Under the pieces are notes generated by a model that saw nothing but the letters and a program-made list of their open reading frames with translations, did no database searches and was not told where the DNA came from. 64,000 bases of DNA, from the NCBI RefSeq assembly GCF_036321535.1, contig NC_087437.1:57166001-57230000 (forward strand), given 5' to 3'. Below, in pieces: positions 37,952-51,465 of this stretch. The position numbers and the translations under genes were made by a program. The DNA comes from Camelus dromedarius (taxonomy: Eukaryota). Each line of letters starts with the position of its first letter. Position 1 is the first letter of the stretch.

Positions 37952-38910
37952 TGATATTTAGAAAAGAAAAATGAGATGCCGGTCTCGCAACAGACTGGGC
38001 AAAAACTACCCTTGGTAAATTATTCAGCTGTTCTTATTTTCACTTATGGGTGAGGTGTTTACTTATAAGTAGATTTTTTTTTTTCTGGAAAAAGAAATGG
38101 TTGAAAAGCTAATGAGCCTTGGCAGTCCATGAAATATTTGAATGCTTATATGTACAGAGTTCTATCATGCTGTGAAATGTCCTCTTTATTGAGAATTGAG
38201 ATGGAGGAATTTGTGGTAATAATTTCTTAAACAGTATAAATCTTTAATGTTTGGAAAATACTTTTCTAGATATTATTCTATTTATTCATAATGACATCTA
38301 TGAAACTTTAGCTGACTTTTCTGGCCACTGTTTCTCTCCTTCCTCAGAAGCAGGTTAAAGGTGCTCCTATCATAGCCTTCTTAAGGGTATATTTTGACAA
38401 TTCACTTAATATTTGTCATTAAGGGCAGGGGCATCTCTGTATCACCAATGCTTTGGTAGTACCTGGTGCCTACTTATGCTAGTATATGTTTACTGGTAAT
38501 GAATGCATCTTGAATAAATGATTCCAAATAATGTATCCATAGGGAAGGAACACATGGACTAGTGATGGCTGAGGTCAGCATTAAAGTGCATGTTCCTCTG
38601 ATTCTGATCTTCATTATCTAAGCTGAATATATTTGGTGATCAAGATTTAGCTAAAGTTTAAAAACAAACTTTATTTAAAAATGATCTCTTTTGGATAACA
38701 TTTGTGTAAAAATCTAAATTTGCTCAATCTAAGATAATGTTTAGCTATATATATGTCATATGTTATAGCTCTGTACTTTATGCTAACATTATGCACATAC
38801 AAATACCTATGTATATGCATAGATGAAAAAGTGTATCTCTATTACTGTCTTGATGTTTAGTTTGTAACAGCCAAAAATAAGTCCATTTTAGCAAATACCA
38901 CCAAAACTTC

Positions 38911-39186
38911 TTTTTTTTTCATTGAAGTATATTTGATTTACAATGCTGTGGTGGTTTCTGGTGTACAACATAGTGATTTAGTTATACATGTATGTTATTT
39001 TTTGTATTCTCTTTCATTATAGGTTATTACAAGCTATTGAGTATAGTTCCCTGTGCTATACAGTAGAACCTTATTTATCTATTGTGTTTATAATAGACAT
39101 AGAAAACAAACTTATGGTTACCAAAGAAGAAAGGGAGGGGAGGGATAAATTAAGAGTTTGGAATTAGCAGACACAAACTAATATGT
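38911..39186 (-). mobile_element. Short artiodactyl-type L1 3' end with 5' inversion
   Basis: 38911-39094 is antisense L1 3' UTR with polyT. 39095-39186 is sense L1 3' UTR (agacatagaaaacaaacttatggttaccaaag...). Confidence 0.88.
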
Positions 39187-40152
39187 ACCAAACTTTTGAG
39201 ATACAGACTTCAGAAATTACTTAATTTTTTCACATCAGCACAAAGACAATGTTTTTAACATGAACTTTTCTGTTACATATTCATTTTTAAAAAAACTCCA
39301 CATAATGACATGGAAGCCTCCTTTGCATAAGAATGTCTTTTCTCGCTTTTTTATTTTTTAATCAAACATCTTTATTATCACCTATGTGCCCTGTATTCCT
39401 CCTTTCTGCTCCCACAAGCTTCTGGCAATTCAGATTTCCATAGGTTTAGCTATTTCACTATTCTTACATACCCAGGCACCAGAGTATGGTTATGAATGCT
39501 CTTTTATCTCTTTTACACATTTTTTGCTAAGTAGGCACTTGAATGCCTTATAGTGACAAAAATTAACATCTTTCTATGATCTCATACACATAGAGATCAT
39601 AAATAAGTAATTTCTTACCTTCCCTTCCTCTTTAAAATTAAGGTGGACACTGTAAGTGAACCGACACTTTCAGCTCATGACTGTGACTCATTTCTTCATC
39701 TACTTAGGTCCTTAATTTCTATCAGCACTATTTGGTAGTTTTCCATGTACAGATCTTTTGCATGTTTTACCAGATTCATTTTTTAGTGTTTCATAATTTT
39801 TATGCTGTTGTAAATAGAATTTTTAAAATTTCAATTTTCAGTTGTCTTAGGAAAAACAATTGGCTCATATATACAAAACCTGCAGAACTCACTTATTAGC
39901 TTTAATAGCTTTTTTGGGTAGATTATATTGATATCCATATAGACAATCATGTCTGTAAATAAAGAAAGATTTTACTTCTTTTACAACTTAGTTTTCTCTG
40001 CCTTATTACACTAGGCAGAATTTCCCTTACACTGTTGACTAGAAGAGTGTACATCCTTGTCTTGTATCTGATCTTAGAGACAAAGTGTTCAGTTTTTCAC
40101 CATTTGGTCTGATGTTAGCTGTAGGATTTTTATAGATTCTCTTTTGTCAGGT

Positions 40153-40731
40153 TGTGTTACTTACCTTTGGTCAGAGGTCCTCAAGACTATTCCCAGGATT
40201 AGTGATTGGCTAGTCATTATGCTCACTGTTACAGGTTATCACAGTACAAGGATACATCGCAAAATCTTCAAAGGGAGAAGTCACGTAGGGAAAAGTCTGA
40301 AGGAAACCAGACACAAGCTTCTGAGAGCCCTCTACCAGTAGGCTTGCACAGGACACATTTCATTCCTCCAGCAATGAGTTTTGACAACACATACAAAGTG
40401 CTGTTTAATAGAGAACCTTGCCTGAGCTGAGGTGTCCAGAGTTCTTATTGGGGATCTGCCGTACAGGTGCACAATGTCCTCATGACTGATTGCAGTTACC
40501 GAAACTCCAGACACCCAGAAGGAAAGCAGATGTTCACATAAATCACATTGCTTGCACAAACGATCCGGACTAGCTAGTGAAGTATGTTTCAAGGCCATAA
40601 GCATTCAAAACACTCATCAGTTAGAACATTCCAAGAGCTTAGTGTTCAGGACTTGGTCCAAGGCCATTCATGAAAATTGGGAAATGCAGGGTTTGAACAA
40701 CTCAGGCCTGCTGACTTAACACTTTCCTACA
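40153..40731 (-). mobile_element. ERVL-class LTR (MER77/MER68/MER21 group)
   Basis: gtcctcaagactattcccagg...cattcctccagcaatgagttttgacaaca...cagaaggaaagcagatgttc...caggcctgctgacttaac. Confidence 0.85.
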
Positions 40732-42018
40732 TACTTTGGTTCCAAGTTTGCAGGTTTTCCTCAGGAATGATAATGGATTTTTGTTAAACACTTTTTCTGC
40801 ATCTTTTTGAGATTATCGTTTTTTCTTATTTAGGCTACAGATATGATTAAATACATAGGTTGATTTTCAGGTATTAAACTTTGCATTCTCGGCTTAAAAC
40901 CACTTTGTTGTTACGTATTTTAGCTTATGTATGTTCTTGGATTTGATTTACTAAAATTTTGTTTAGAAGTTTTTGTCAAGTTGTTTGAAGAATTTTTTCC
41001 AGTCTTTTATATGTTTATTTATTTTCTGTCTATTTGTTCCACGAGTTATTGAGAGGAGTATTGAAATCCTCAGCTGTAATTGTGGATTTGTCTATTTCTC
41101 CTTGTGGTTCTATCATTTGCTTCATTTATTTGGAAGCTCTGTTATAGATGTTCAGACTTATTACTTATCTTAATAAATTGCCTGTTTGTTAATGTTGAAT
41201 AATCTTCTGTATCCTTAGTGATGTAATTTAACATGTAATCTAATTTGATATTGATATGGCCATCCCAGCTTCCTCTTGATTAGTGCTGGCATATCATTTT
41301 CTCACCTTTCACTTCTTTACGTCTTTACACGTGAAGTGTATTTCTTGTGGGCAGCTTATAGTTGGGTTCTGCTTTTTCTTCCAACCTGATAATTTTTGCC
41401 TTTTAGTTGGGGTATTTAGTGCATTTTCACTGAAGGTGTTTATTTGTATAATTACATTTAAATCAATGATACTTGTTTTCTCTTTGTGCCATCTGTAACT
41501 TTTTCCCATTTTCTCATTTTCTGCCTTCTTTTCAATTAATTTCTTCTTTGTAATTCCATTTTGTCCTCTGTTTTCTTACATATTCTGTGTCTTTTGTATT
41601 AGTGACTGTTTGGGGGCTTATAGTTCACATCTTTAATGTATCACCCTCTAACTCTGAGTGCTATTGTACCACTTCTGAGCAGCGCTCATTTTAGTAATAT
41701 TAAGTCCCTGTTATTGAGGGAAAACCCATCTGCTTACATAATGTCCAATGTATCATAGATTCCATTCTAGCTGGTGAGAGAGACCACTGTGTTGAACGTT
41801 GGGTATTATTACCTCTGATCCCGTGGCTATTCCTTTCCTCAGCCTCAGATGTCTTCCTTGTATGCATGCGTATGACAGTTCTCAGCTGAATGGATAAGAG
41901 GACTCTCTACAGATAATCTGGGAATCTCTGTGTGTGCAGCTTTCTCTTTCTCCTATTTAGGGAGTTTAGCCACACTGGTCTTCCTAGAATCTCTGAGAGT
42001 CTGCGAGGACCCTCTGGG

Positions 42019-42505
42019 TGTATTAGTTTCCTATTGCTACTGTAGCAAATCATCACAAACTTGGTGGCTTAACCAACACAAATTTATGATCTTACAGTGC
42101 TGTAGGTTAAAAATCCAACATGAGTGTTACTATTCTAAAACCAAGGCTCGGCAAGGCTGGGTCCCCTTCAGGATGCTCCAGAGGGGAATCCGTCTCCTTG
42201 ACTTCTGGATTCTGGAGGATGCCCAAATTCCTTGGATTATGTCCCATTCTTCCATCTTTAAAGCCAACGATATTACATCTCTCTATTTTTCCATAGTTAC
42301 ATCTTCCTCTGACTTGGAACTGAACTGGGGAAGTTTCTCTGATTTTAAAGACTCATGTGATTAGATTGGGCTTGTCCAGATAATCCAGGGTTATCTCCCC
42401 ATATCAAAGTGCTTGACTTAATCAACATTTACAAAGTCCCTTTGCTATGTAAAGTAACATATTCACAGTTTCAGGACATCTTTGAAAGACCATTATTCTA
42501 CTACA
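42019..42505 (-). mobile_element. MaLR LTR (MLT1C/D-like)
   Basis: tgtattagtttcctattgct...aacttggtggcttaa...gataatccagg...cattattctactaca. Confidence 0.92.
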
Positions 42506-42729
42506 CCTAGGTTCCTCCTCACCACATCAAGACCTAGAAACTTTATCACGTCAATAAATTGGACAGTTAGTGGAAGTAACTCTGTCTCCCATCTCTAAAG
42601 ATTTAGTATCCTTCATTGGCTTACATTTACAACCTTTTACATTTTGTCTGGTTTTTTTTTTTCACTTGTTGCATGAGAAAGTAAATTCAGTCTTAGTCCA
42701 TCTTGGCTAGAAGCAGAAGTCCTTGCTAC

Positions 42730-44290
42730 TTCACTGTTTTAAATTCAATTTTCTTGATTTCTGATAAAGTTGGACATATTTTAGTTCTTTTTCTTTTGCT
42801 TATTTGTTTTGGCTAACTCAGACTTCATATTTGGGAAATTGCTTCTTAATTTACTATTTTGATTTTTCTATTGAGAATTTGTCTTCTGTTGTTTATAGAA
42901 ATTATTAATATGTTTTGGATAATAATTTTTAATCAGTTGTGTACAATATACCTATTTTCTTCCAGTATGTGATTTATTGTAGTTTCACTTATTTATAGTG
43001 AATTTTTATTCATAGAAATTATTATAAACAGATTTATTGTTTTTAGGATTTGTGCTTGAGACATCTTTCTCTGTCAGGCAGTTGCAGAGATAGTCTACCA
43101 TATATTTCTCCTAAAAAATTAAAGTTTTTTTAAAAAATTTCACATTAGATCTTTAATCATCTGAAATTTATTTCTGTACAGGATATGAAGTATAGATTCC
43201 CATTATTTTTATATGAATACAAATTACACTATTTATTGACTAATCCATTCTTTTCATAATGATTTATGAATCTTGTTGCCATTTCCTTTAGTGTAGCCTT
43301 TTAGTGATGAATTCTTGCTGGTCTGAAAAATATCTTTGATATCACCTTCGTTTTTTAAAGGATACTTTCACCAGGTTAATTATTATAGTTTGGCAGGTAT
43401 TTTCTTTTAGCTGTGAAATATATCATGCATTCCACTGTCTTCTGATTTTCATTTTTATTGTTTAAAATCATTTGTAAAGCTCTGCTGTTCTGCTTTCAAT
43501 ATTCTTGTTTCCAGCTGTTTTAAGATTTTAGTTTGTGTTTAGTTTTCAGAAGTTTTAACTATAATTTAACTAAGTGTGATTTTCTTTGTATTTGTCCTGT
43601 TAAGATTCTACTAGTTGCATCTTTAGCTTGATATATCTTCTATCGATTTTGAAAAATTCATGGCTTCTGGCCTAGTCTTTCTTTTTACTCTCTTATACTT
43701 CATTTATATGTACTCTTCCCCATATCCCATTTATCTTCTAATCTGTTTTGTATTTTACGTCATTTCTTTGTCTCTCCATGCTTCAACCAGATAGTTCTAC
43801 TCCTCTATTTTCCAATTCCCAAATTCTTTTGTCAGTTGGGCCTAATACACTAGTATGTTCATGCATGGAGCATTTAATCATCATATTTAAAGTAATGCAT
43901 AAATCAGAATTTCTGAATAATTCCTTTTTATACTTTCCACTCAACTCTCATGATGCACTCTTTTGTTTAATTTATTAAACATTAATTGCAGATGAGTATA
44001 GTGATTAACATATAGTTCTGATTTTTCAAAAAATCTAAATTTTTTGTGCATGTTTTTTCATTGTCCGTTATTTTCCGTTGATTTTCAGTCAGTTCTTTTC
44101 TGTGTGACTGATTATTTTTGATAGAATGTCAGAAACTGTGGGAAAAAATTTAAAAATTAATGAGGCACTGAATGTTATCTTCTTTCATATGTCATTTACT
44201 TTTCTTTCTAAAAGACAGTTTAAGTCATTCAGGCATTGAACTGACTTATCACTGGGCTTCAGTTGCAATCATTCATTATAGAAAAAGATG
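42730..44290 (-). mobile_element. Very old L1ME fragments (ORF2 3' part and ORF1)
   Basis: ttcacattagatctttaatcatctgaaattta; tttaaaggatactttcacca; ttccactgtcttctgatttt. Confidence 0.7.
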
Positions 44291-46229
44291 GTAAAATGTG
44301 CCCCTCAAAAGTCAGAGTTGAAAGCCATAAGTATTCACAGGAAATACCTATTTGGGGCAGAAGAATCCAGGACTTCCCAATGAAAGGAGTGAGATTTGAA
44401 CAGGATCTGTATGAACAGTTAGGAGTTTGACATATATAGTTTAGAGCAATAGACTAAGCAAAGGGAGAAGATATAAGGGTCAGAAAAGTGACTTGGGAAA
44501 GCACTTGTGAGGTTGATCCAATGTATTCAAGCACATAGAGAAACAAGCTTTTTATTGTCATTCTCATTTTTTCTGTAGCTAAGCTGAAATCATCCTTGGA
44601 AACAGAGGTACCTTGCCTTATGTGAGAAATAAGATATAGTGGTTGTTCACCTTCTAGGTCAAATATTTTTATATATTGCCATTCTTAATTTAAAAACTAT
44701 TGCTACTATTCTGTGAGGCATTATCTCACAGAGTGAAAATTTTCCTTTCTTTCAACAATGTACACGTGAATTTAAACATTATTTTAATCATACCAAGTCC
44801 TCATCTCAAAACCTGAAAATAATTCCTTTTTGTTTCTGTTTAAATGGAACTTAAATCTTCAGAACTCGTTAAAGTAAAACAACATTTGGCAATTTTTCCT
44901 TCACAGCTTAGAATCTCATCTGTAAAATAGGAATTTAGTGTATCATGTATTTATTCATTCAACTAGTATTAACAGAGTAACTTTATGCATGAGTTATTTT
45001 GCTTGTAATGTAATAGTACTTCAGCACAGGGATGTGAGAAATAAGATAAATAATTATATATATGACCTGCCTCAATGACTGGCATTAAAGGCTTAATAAA
45101 TAGTCACAGTTATTTCATTGCTAGCCAGTTTTGTATGTAGGGATTTGTTGATGATTTATTTGTTAAAGTACATGGACATTCAGTAAAGAGAAGCAAATGT
45201 GTTTTCTGTGTTGTTTTTCTTGAAAAATGTAGGAATGTTAATATATCAAATCACAACACTTCTGTACCAAATGTTTACCACACATGTGTGCACAGATACA
45301 TGCATGTATTTTTTTTCTCACTCTGCCTCCCCCTCTTTTTTTTTTTCTAAATGCCTAGGATGGTAAATATATCATATATTTTGTAATAATAAATGGTACT
45401 TTTATAGGAAATATCTCTCATACTCTGCTCAAATATGAAGTATTTTACCAGAAGATAAAAATATGGAGGTTTTATTTACTTAGACCTCTTGTTCTTTAGA
45501 TGATACCCTCATCTCAATTCCATGTTATCCACAATGTCCTACTATCCCAGATTATTAGCCCCTGAGATAGAGGGTTAATGTCATCAGCTGGAAGTTTATG
45601 CTTAAAGTATTTTGTCTACTTCATGCCCTCCCTCTTAAGTTTCTTATTCTTACTTGCTTACTTTCATTTCATTTCAGAAATATCTCTTTTATTTTTCCAT
45701 ACCAGGAACAGCTGGAATTTTTTTCATATTAGCCAAAGACACTGCTGAGAAAAACTCCTGGTGACACACTGGGCTGGCCTTCTAATCGTTTCCCCCTTGA
45801 AAACCAGGGTATCCTTAACACTAGGAAAGGTCTGTTGCACTTTTCTTCAGTGGTCTCCTGACTATAATATAACAGAAAATAAAAGTGTAAAATTTCATTT
45901 AAAATTCTCAGTCCTTGACATGTTATCTTATATCACTCTACCTTTTCTTACTAGAAGGTGATGTAATTTTTATTTTACATTTGAGATATCTGTGGCTCGG
46001 AGCTAATCAAGGATATTTGCAGATTTCAAATAAAATATTTACTGATTTCCTACTACATGGAGCATATTATGATATGCTCGTGTGGAAGACATATGGCTAT
46101 TCAGACCTGGTCCTGGCCCTCTGGGAATTCAGAACCTCACAAAACTGTGTTGGCTTATAATACTTTGTCTCTCTTAATTTACAGTGCTGTGTTAGTTTCT
46201 GGTGTGCAGCATGGTGGTTCTGTCATGCA

Positions 46230-46904
46230 TATCATGCTTTCTCTGCACTTTCTGCACTGGGCTATGCAAGCTACGTTTCTGCTTTGCCTGATGCCCCCCT
46301 GATAGTTCTGCTAATGGGGAGTGCTAGAGAAAAATGAGAATCCATTCCATAGTGTGCTGTTTTCTGTTCCCATCCCCACATGCCAGCAGTGTCTCTTTAT
46401 TCTAGCAGTGGCAGTTGATGCCGATTTCCAGTTTTCTCTCTTCACTCCAGGACTAACCTCATTGCGCTCCCTGAGAAACAGCAGCATTGGTCAGACTGTG
46501 CCCCTCTTCAAAGGTCTGAGTGCCAGCTTCCCAGTTTTCTCATCTAAGATGCTGAGGTACCAGCCCAACTGGGCAGTGAGTTCTCGAAAGAGTTCTGAGT
46601 CCCACCTCTAAAAGAGCCTCCTCCAAGCTTTAGAGTTTTAAAAACACTAACCTCTTCCCTTTCTTTAACCTCGTCTCCAGGAATGGTAGCTTCTTCCTGA
46701 AGGAAATAGCTCTATCTCAGTGTTTCTTGCTTTGCCTGTTTAATCTCTTCGTTGTACACCAGAAACTAACACATTATAAATCAACTCTACTTCAGTGAAA
46801 AAAAGTGAAAAATAATCTTCTAATTGTGTAACCAACTATATAATTTTCTCTGTTAAAACAGTTGGCACATTATACATTTTCTTGACTGGACCTTGACTGA
46901 TAGA
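46230..46904 (+). mobile_element. ERVL LTR (LTR41-like)
   Basis: ttctgctaatggggagtgctagag...agcctcctccaagctt...ggtagcttcttcctg...cttgactggaccttgactgata terminus. Confidence 0.75.
46751..46812 (+). mobile_element. Tiny artiodactyl L1 3' terminus inserted in the LTR
   Basis: gttgtacaccagaaactaacacattataaatcaactctacttca plus A tail. Approximate TSD taatct(c)ttc at 46741-46750 and 46813-46820. Confidence 0.75.
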
Positions 46905-47229
46905 AAGTCAGAAATATTCATATAAATGATTCTAATATAAATTAATCAATAGTGGGTGTTACAGAATGCAGATTATAACATATAATGGAAATACAAGGTA
47001 GGAAGATAATTTCATGGCTACTTAATGGTCCCTGGAAGGCTTACAAAAAGACTTTAGATTTGAATGGGGCTTGACGCATAAATAAGACATTGGTTAAGCA
47101 CTTACAAAGCTTGTAGCATGCAGTAGAGGGCTTTCAGAAGAAAATAATATGATTCTTTAAAACTGGATTTACTTAAAACAACTATTTAGAACTGATATTA
47201 AATGCCCCCCTTTGACTTGACTATGAAGG

Positions 47230-48130
47230 TATAAGAAAGTGTGAGGAATTACTAGATGAAAAGATTTTTTAGAATATTTTGAGACCAGCTTGTTGATCTT
47301 AATCTTAGGCTAAGGAATTTGGACTTAACTTTTTTTAAAAATTGAGTTATAGTCAATTTACAATGTTGTGTCAATTTCTGGTGTATAGCCCAGTTCTTCA
47401 GTCATACATGAATATACATATATTCATTTTCCTATTCTTTTTCACCATAAGCTTCTACAAGTTATTGAATATATTTCCCTGTGCTATACAGTATAAACTT
47501 GTTTATTTATTTTACACATACCAGTCAGTATCTGCAAATCTCTTATTCCCAGTTTATCCCTTCCCACACGTCTCTCCCCTGGCAACCACAAGTCTGTATT
47601 CTATGTCTGTGAGTCTATTTCTGTTTTATATATAAGTTCATTTGTATTTTTTTTTTAGATTCCATATATGAGTGATATCATATGGTATTTTTCTTTCTCT
47701 TTCTGGCTTACTTCACTTAGAATGACATTCTCCAGGGCCATCCATGTTGCTGTAAATGGCATTATTTTATCATTTTTTATGGTGGAGTAATATTCCATCA
47801 TATAAATATACCACAACTTCTTTATCCAGTCATCTGTCAATGAACATTTAGGTTATTTCCGTGTCTTAGCTACTGTAAATAGTGCTGCTATGAACTTTGG
47901 GGTGCAGGTGTCTTTTTGAATGGACTTATTTTGTGTTTAGTGGAAGGGCATCCATGCTTCTTGGACAGAGTCATATATCCCAGTCTATAATTTAGAATGA
48001 TTCTCCAGGCAAAATTCATGGATTGAATATTCAGGAATTGGACTAGTTTCTTTAAAAGAGTGTTACAGTAGTCCACAGGATAGATGATGGCTTAAACTAG
48101 GTTAGAAGCAGCAGAACTTGAAAACACAGA
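47230..48130 (-). mobile_element. L2 fragment hosting an L1 insertion
   Basis: taaggaatttggactta rejoins ttttgtg...tttagaatgattctcc...agtagtcca across the L1. Confidence 0.6.
47330..47920 (-). mobile_element. Camelid-type LINE-1 3' end, 5'-truncated (older subfamily)
   Basis: ORF 47655-47840 encodes TDDWIKKLWYIYMMEYYS...ILSEVSQKEKEKYHMISLIYGI. TSD core tggactta at 47320-47327 and 47921-47928. Confidence 0.95.
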
Positions 48131-49252
48131 ATAAACAGAACTAGTAGCATAAAAATAGCAATACTAAACAAGCTCATTGAACTTTTGAACTAAATGTGAG
48201 TTTAAAACTTTTTGAAAAAGCTTTTTAATATCATGGAGTAACAGAAGCAGAGGTGGTATCTTTAATCAATATGCTATATAAGACAAAAACTTTTGTTGTT
48301 GTTAAGAAGTTTAAATGTCTGTTTTCTTTGACAATTTTCTTTCTCTAGGCAGTGAAAGTTGTCTTTTTGCTTGTTTGTTTTTCTTTAGTTTGACACCTCA
48401 GGCCAATAATTTTGAACTCCTAGTGGAATGTTTAAAATAACACTAAGCAACATAAAAGTCACATTTTTAGGAGACAGCTGCTATGAGGGCGCAGAATACC
48501 AAAGTACAGTCAAAGGTGAGGTATTTTCTGTTTCCTCCACTGACTTGATGTCTTGCCTTAAGCAAACAGTTTTGTGCCTTATGTCCTGTGCGTAAAGTAG
48601 GTATATTAATAGCTATACCCTCATCTCAATTTCTTGGTAGTTTTTGGGACTAACACCTGCAGGAATATCTCTACTTCTCTACAAGAAATATCTTTTTTTT
48701 TCCTTCTTAGTAAGGAGTAAGCAGTAGATGTACAATGTCTAATGTCATTAAAGTAGATTGATTTATCTTAGATCACCTTTGCACAAACTTCTCAAAAAGT
48801 GAAAAGAAAACTCAAACAAAATACTTGTCCTACAAAAAAGGAACATGACCCAGCACATCTGCATTATTTTTAAGGCTTGCACGAAGTTTGTCTTTTTTTG
48901 TATTTCTGTCATGAAGTGACCATTTCAAGTTTGGAAGGAACCTAAAAGCATCTAGAATTATCCCTTAGCCTCCATCCCCTCTCCCTGCTGCATTCCTGCC
49001 AGTTGGTCAACTAGATTGTTTGTAGTCGTCTGGTTAAGAGGAGTGCAAGTTTTCTCCCAATGTTCCCCCCCTATCTTTGAAGCACAATGAGAAGGTTGCT
49101 TGTAAAACAACATATTTGACTCCACTAAGTTTCCACTGTTTCTCAGTGGGCCTATCCCTTGCATTCAAAAGAATAAATATAATTCCTCTCCTATACAGGG
49201 GCTTCCAAGTCTTTAAAAACACAATTTGCATGTTCCCTTCCATTTCACTCAC

Positions 49253-49363
49253 CAGTAACTCACTGTACACCTGGTATAGTTTCTTAGCTCTGGTAACTCT
49301 CTCTTTCACCAAAGGCCGTGTGATGTTTTCCGTAAATCTCTTGCAGTTTGGTATAAGATACAA
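49253..49363 (-). other. Candidate 111-nt exon in unique sequence (LYLIPNCKRFTENITRPLVKERVTRAKKLYQVYSELL if coding)
   Basis: ttacag acceptor (weak pyrimidine tract) and CTG/gtgagt donor. Phase 0-0, and only this frame is open. It lies in the longest ORF of the window. An upstream TAG/gtaagt donor sits at 49488/49487. Confidence 0.25.
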
Positions 49364-50029
49364 CTGTAATAGATGGTTTGTATCATTTATTTTGGTGTGG
49401 AACATATCTTGAAAGCACTCTTGGCACAGAGTCATACTCACAAGTTTATTGCATAGTAAAGAATACATTAAATAGTAGTTCACTTACCTAAATATGACCT
49501 TAATGAAATTCTTTGTTCCTTGCCATCACATTCCAAACTCTCATTGTCCTTCACTTCCTTAGTAATGTTGAAAATTTGTGATCTTCCTTTTTAGATCTGA
49601 TTGCCTTTGCAGTATATGTACATTGCATAGCTCCCATACCGATACCGTCTCCAGTTTCATAAAACCTCATTTAGGTGTACTGCTTCCAGCTCTTTTGAGG
49701 TCTGTGCTCACTGGCAGCCCTGGAGATTATTCAGGATACTTGTATATTCCTCTGTTTTTGTGAAATATCACAATATCTTATCACAAGCAGAATAAATGTA
49801 GGTTTTATAAAGTATGAGAGAAAATCATAGTACTTTTCTCTTTACTGCTATCTTTTCTTCTCCCTGATACGAACATTGGACCCACTCTCATTCCTCCACC
49901 TGTATACACCCTCTACCCAACAACCCCATGGATTTTCGCTATTGAGAAAAGAAGTACTTCTAGGCTGTCCTGGAGGCTTTTGTTTGAACATGACCCTGAG
50001 GCAGAGACAGCCATTGGTCAAAGTCTTCA

Positions 50030-50450
50030 ACCCCCCTTCTTCCATAATGTCTGGTCATTTGGCTATTGGTAGCACCACATGTCCCAGTCTGCCGTATAGT
50101 TAGGTTGTTCTCTTGTAACTAATGCAATGCTCTCTCATGAAATGAGAGTAGACATCATATGTACCACTTCCTGTCCTTGATCATAAAAGCTCTCTGGAGT
50201 GTTTCTCCCTGCTATTTTCATCTCCATTTGGCTAGAATGACAATAATAATGACTCGAGAGGACAAAGGAGTCACGTATTGAAGACAGCAAAGCTTCAGTC
50301 AATTTGGATCTTGAATGACTATGTAGAACAGAGTTTTTTCTTCTCCCTGACCCTAAACAGCCACTGTGAGCTACTGCAAAAGAAGGAGGAGTGAGGTCAG
50401 TTGTGTTGACATCACTATACTTCTACTAGAGCATGTTTACTTCTAACAAC
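50030..50450 (+). mobile_element. MaLR LTR (MLT1H/I-like)
   Basis: gtaccacttcctg...cacgtattgaagacagcaaagc...tgaatgactatgtagaacagag. Confidence 0.7.
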
Positions 50451-51041
50451 AATGCCAGCCCTCGGTGGCAGTTCTTCTGGGTCATGCTTATTTCAATGCA
50501 CATCACCATAGGAAAACTACCAGTAATGTGAAACAATGACATTTCATGATTATCTGATTTGATCCTCCAAACATGCTTGAGAAATAACTGTAGCTAGTTG
50601 ATCTGGAAGGGATCATCAAATTTAGCTGTTTTGTAATGGTTTAAGCTGCAGAATCCTTTCTTCAGATGGCAACATGTTGTGTCCTATATAAAGAATGAAT
50701 AAAGGTGAAACATTAGTGGTTGAGACATTATAAAGGTGAAGAGTGTAGTGGTCTCCAATGAGTCAATGTTCTTTCCTTTAATAATCCTTCCCAGTTTCCC
50801 CTAAAGCCCTTTCGTTGACCCTCTAGACCTCCAAAGAATATTGTTCATAACACACTTTCAGATGAGCTAACTGGAGCTGTGCGATTCAGTTTTATGAGGC
50901 AAACTGAATTGATTTTTATCACACTTGAATTATTCTGCCTTTGTGCTGTTACCTGTACTTTACCCTCTGCTGGGGTGCCCTCCTCTTAGTCTCTTCTTTT
51001 TGTGATCTTAACCATATATCAAAGTTCATATCCATGAAGCC

Positions 51042-51465
51042 TGTATTAGCTTTCTGTGATACCATAACAAGCTGTCACAAATTTAGAGGCTTAAAGCAAT
51101 GCAAAATTTTAATCTCACAGTTCTGTAGGTCGAAAGTTTTGGATAGCTCAACTGGGTCCTCTGCTCCAGGTTTCACAAGGTCAAAATCAATGTGTTGGCA
51201 GGTCTGTGTCATCACTGGAGTCTCTGGCAAATAATTCACTCCCAACTTCATTCAGGTTGTTGGTAAAATTTATTTTCATGAGGTTGTAGGACTGTGGTCT
51301 CCAGCTCCTTGCTGCCTGTCAGCCAGGTGCTTATTTTTGCTCCCAGAAGCCACCCACATTCATGATTTTCATGTTGCTCCCCCTAGCAGTTGTGGGCTGC
51401 TTCTGTCATACTTTGAATCTCTTTGATTTTTCCTCTTCAGTAATAAACTGTCTCTCAAACTTCAG
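51042..51465 (-). mobile_element. MaLR LTR (MLT1E-like)
   Basis: tgtattagctttct...ggcttaaagcaa...atctcacagttctgtaggtc...ctgggtcctctgctccagg...cattcaggttgttgg. Confidence 0.9.

Larger units (their letters stand above)
39690..42720 (-). mobile_element. Ancient L1M (ORF2 pieces and 5' end) hosting two LTRs
   Basis: catccttgtcttgtatctgatcttagaga...; ORF 41309-41509 has endonuclease-like residues (NALNTPTKRQKLSGWKKKQNPTISCPQEIHF); 5' terminus ccatcttggctagaagcagaagt. Confidence 0.85.

Noticed and set aside
41930..42364. 144-aa ORF
   Set aside because: It spans an L1/MLT1 junction, antisense to the LTR, and is a typical repeat-derived chance ORF.
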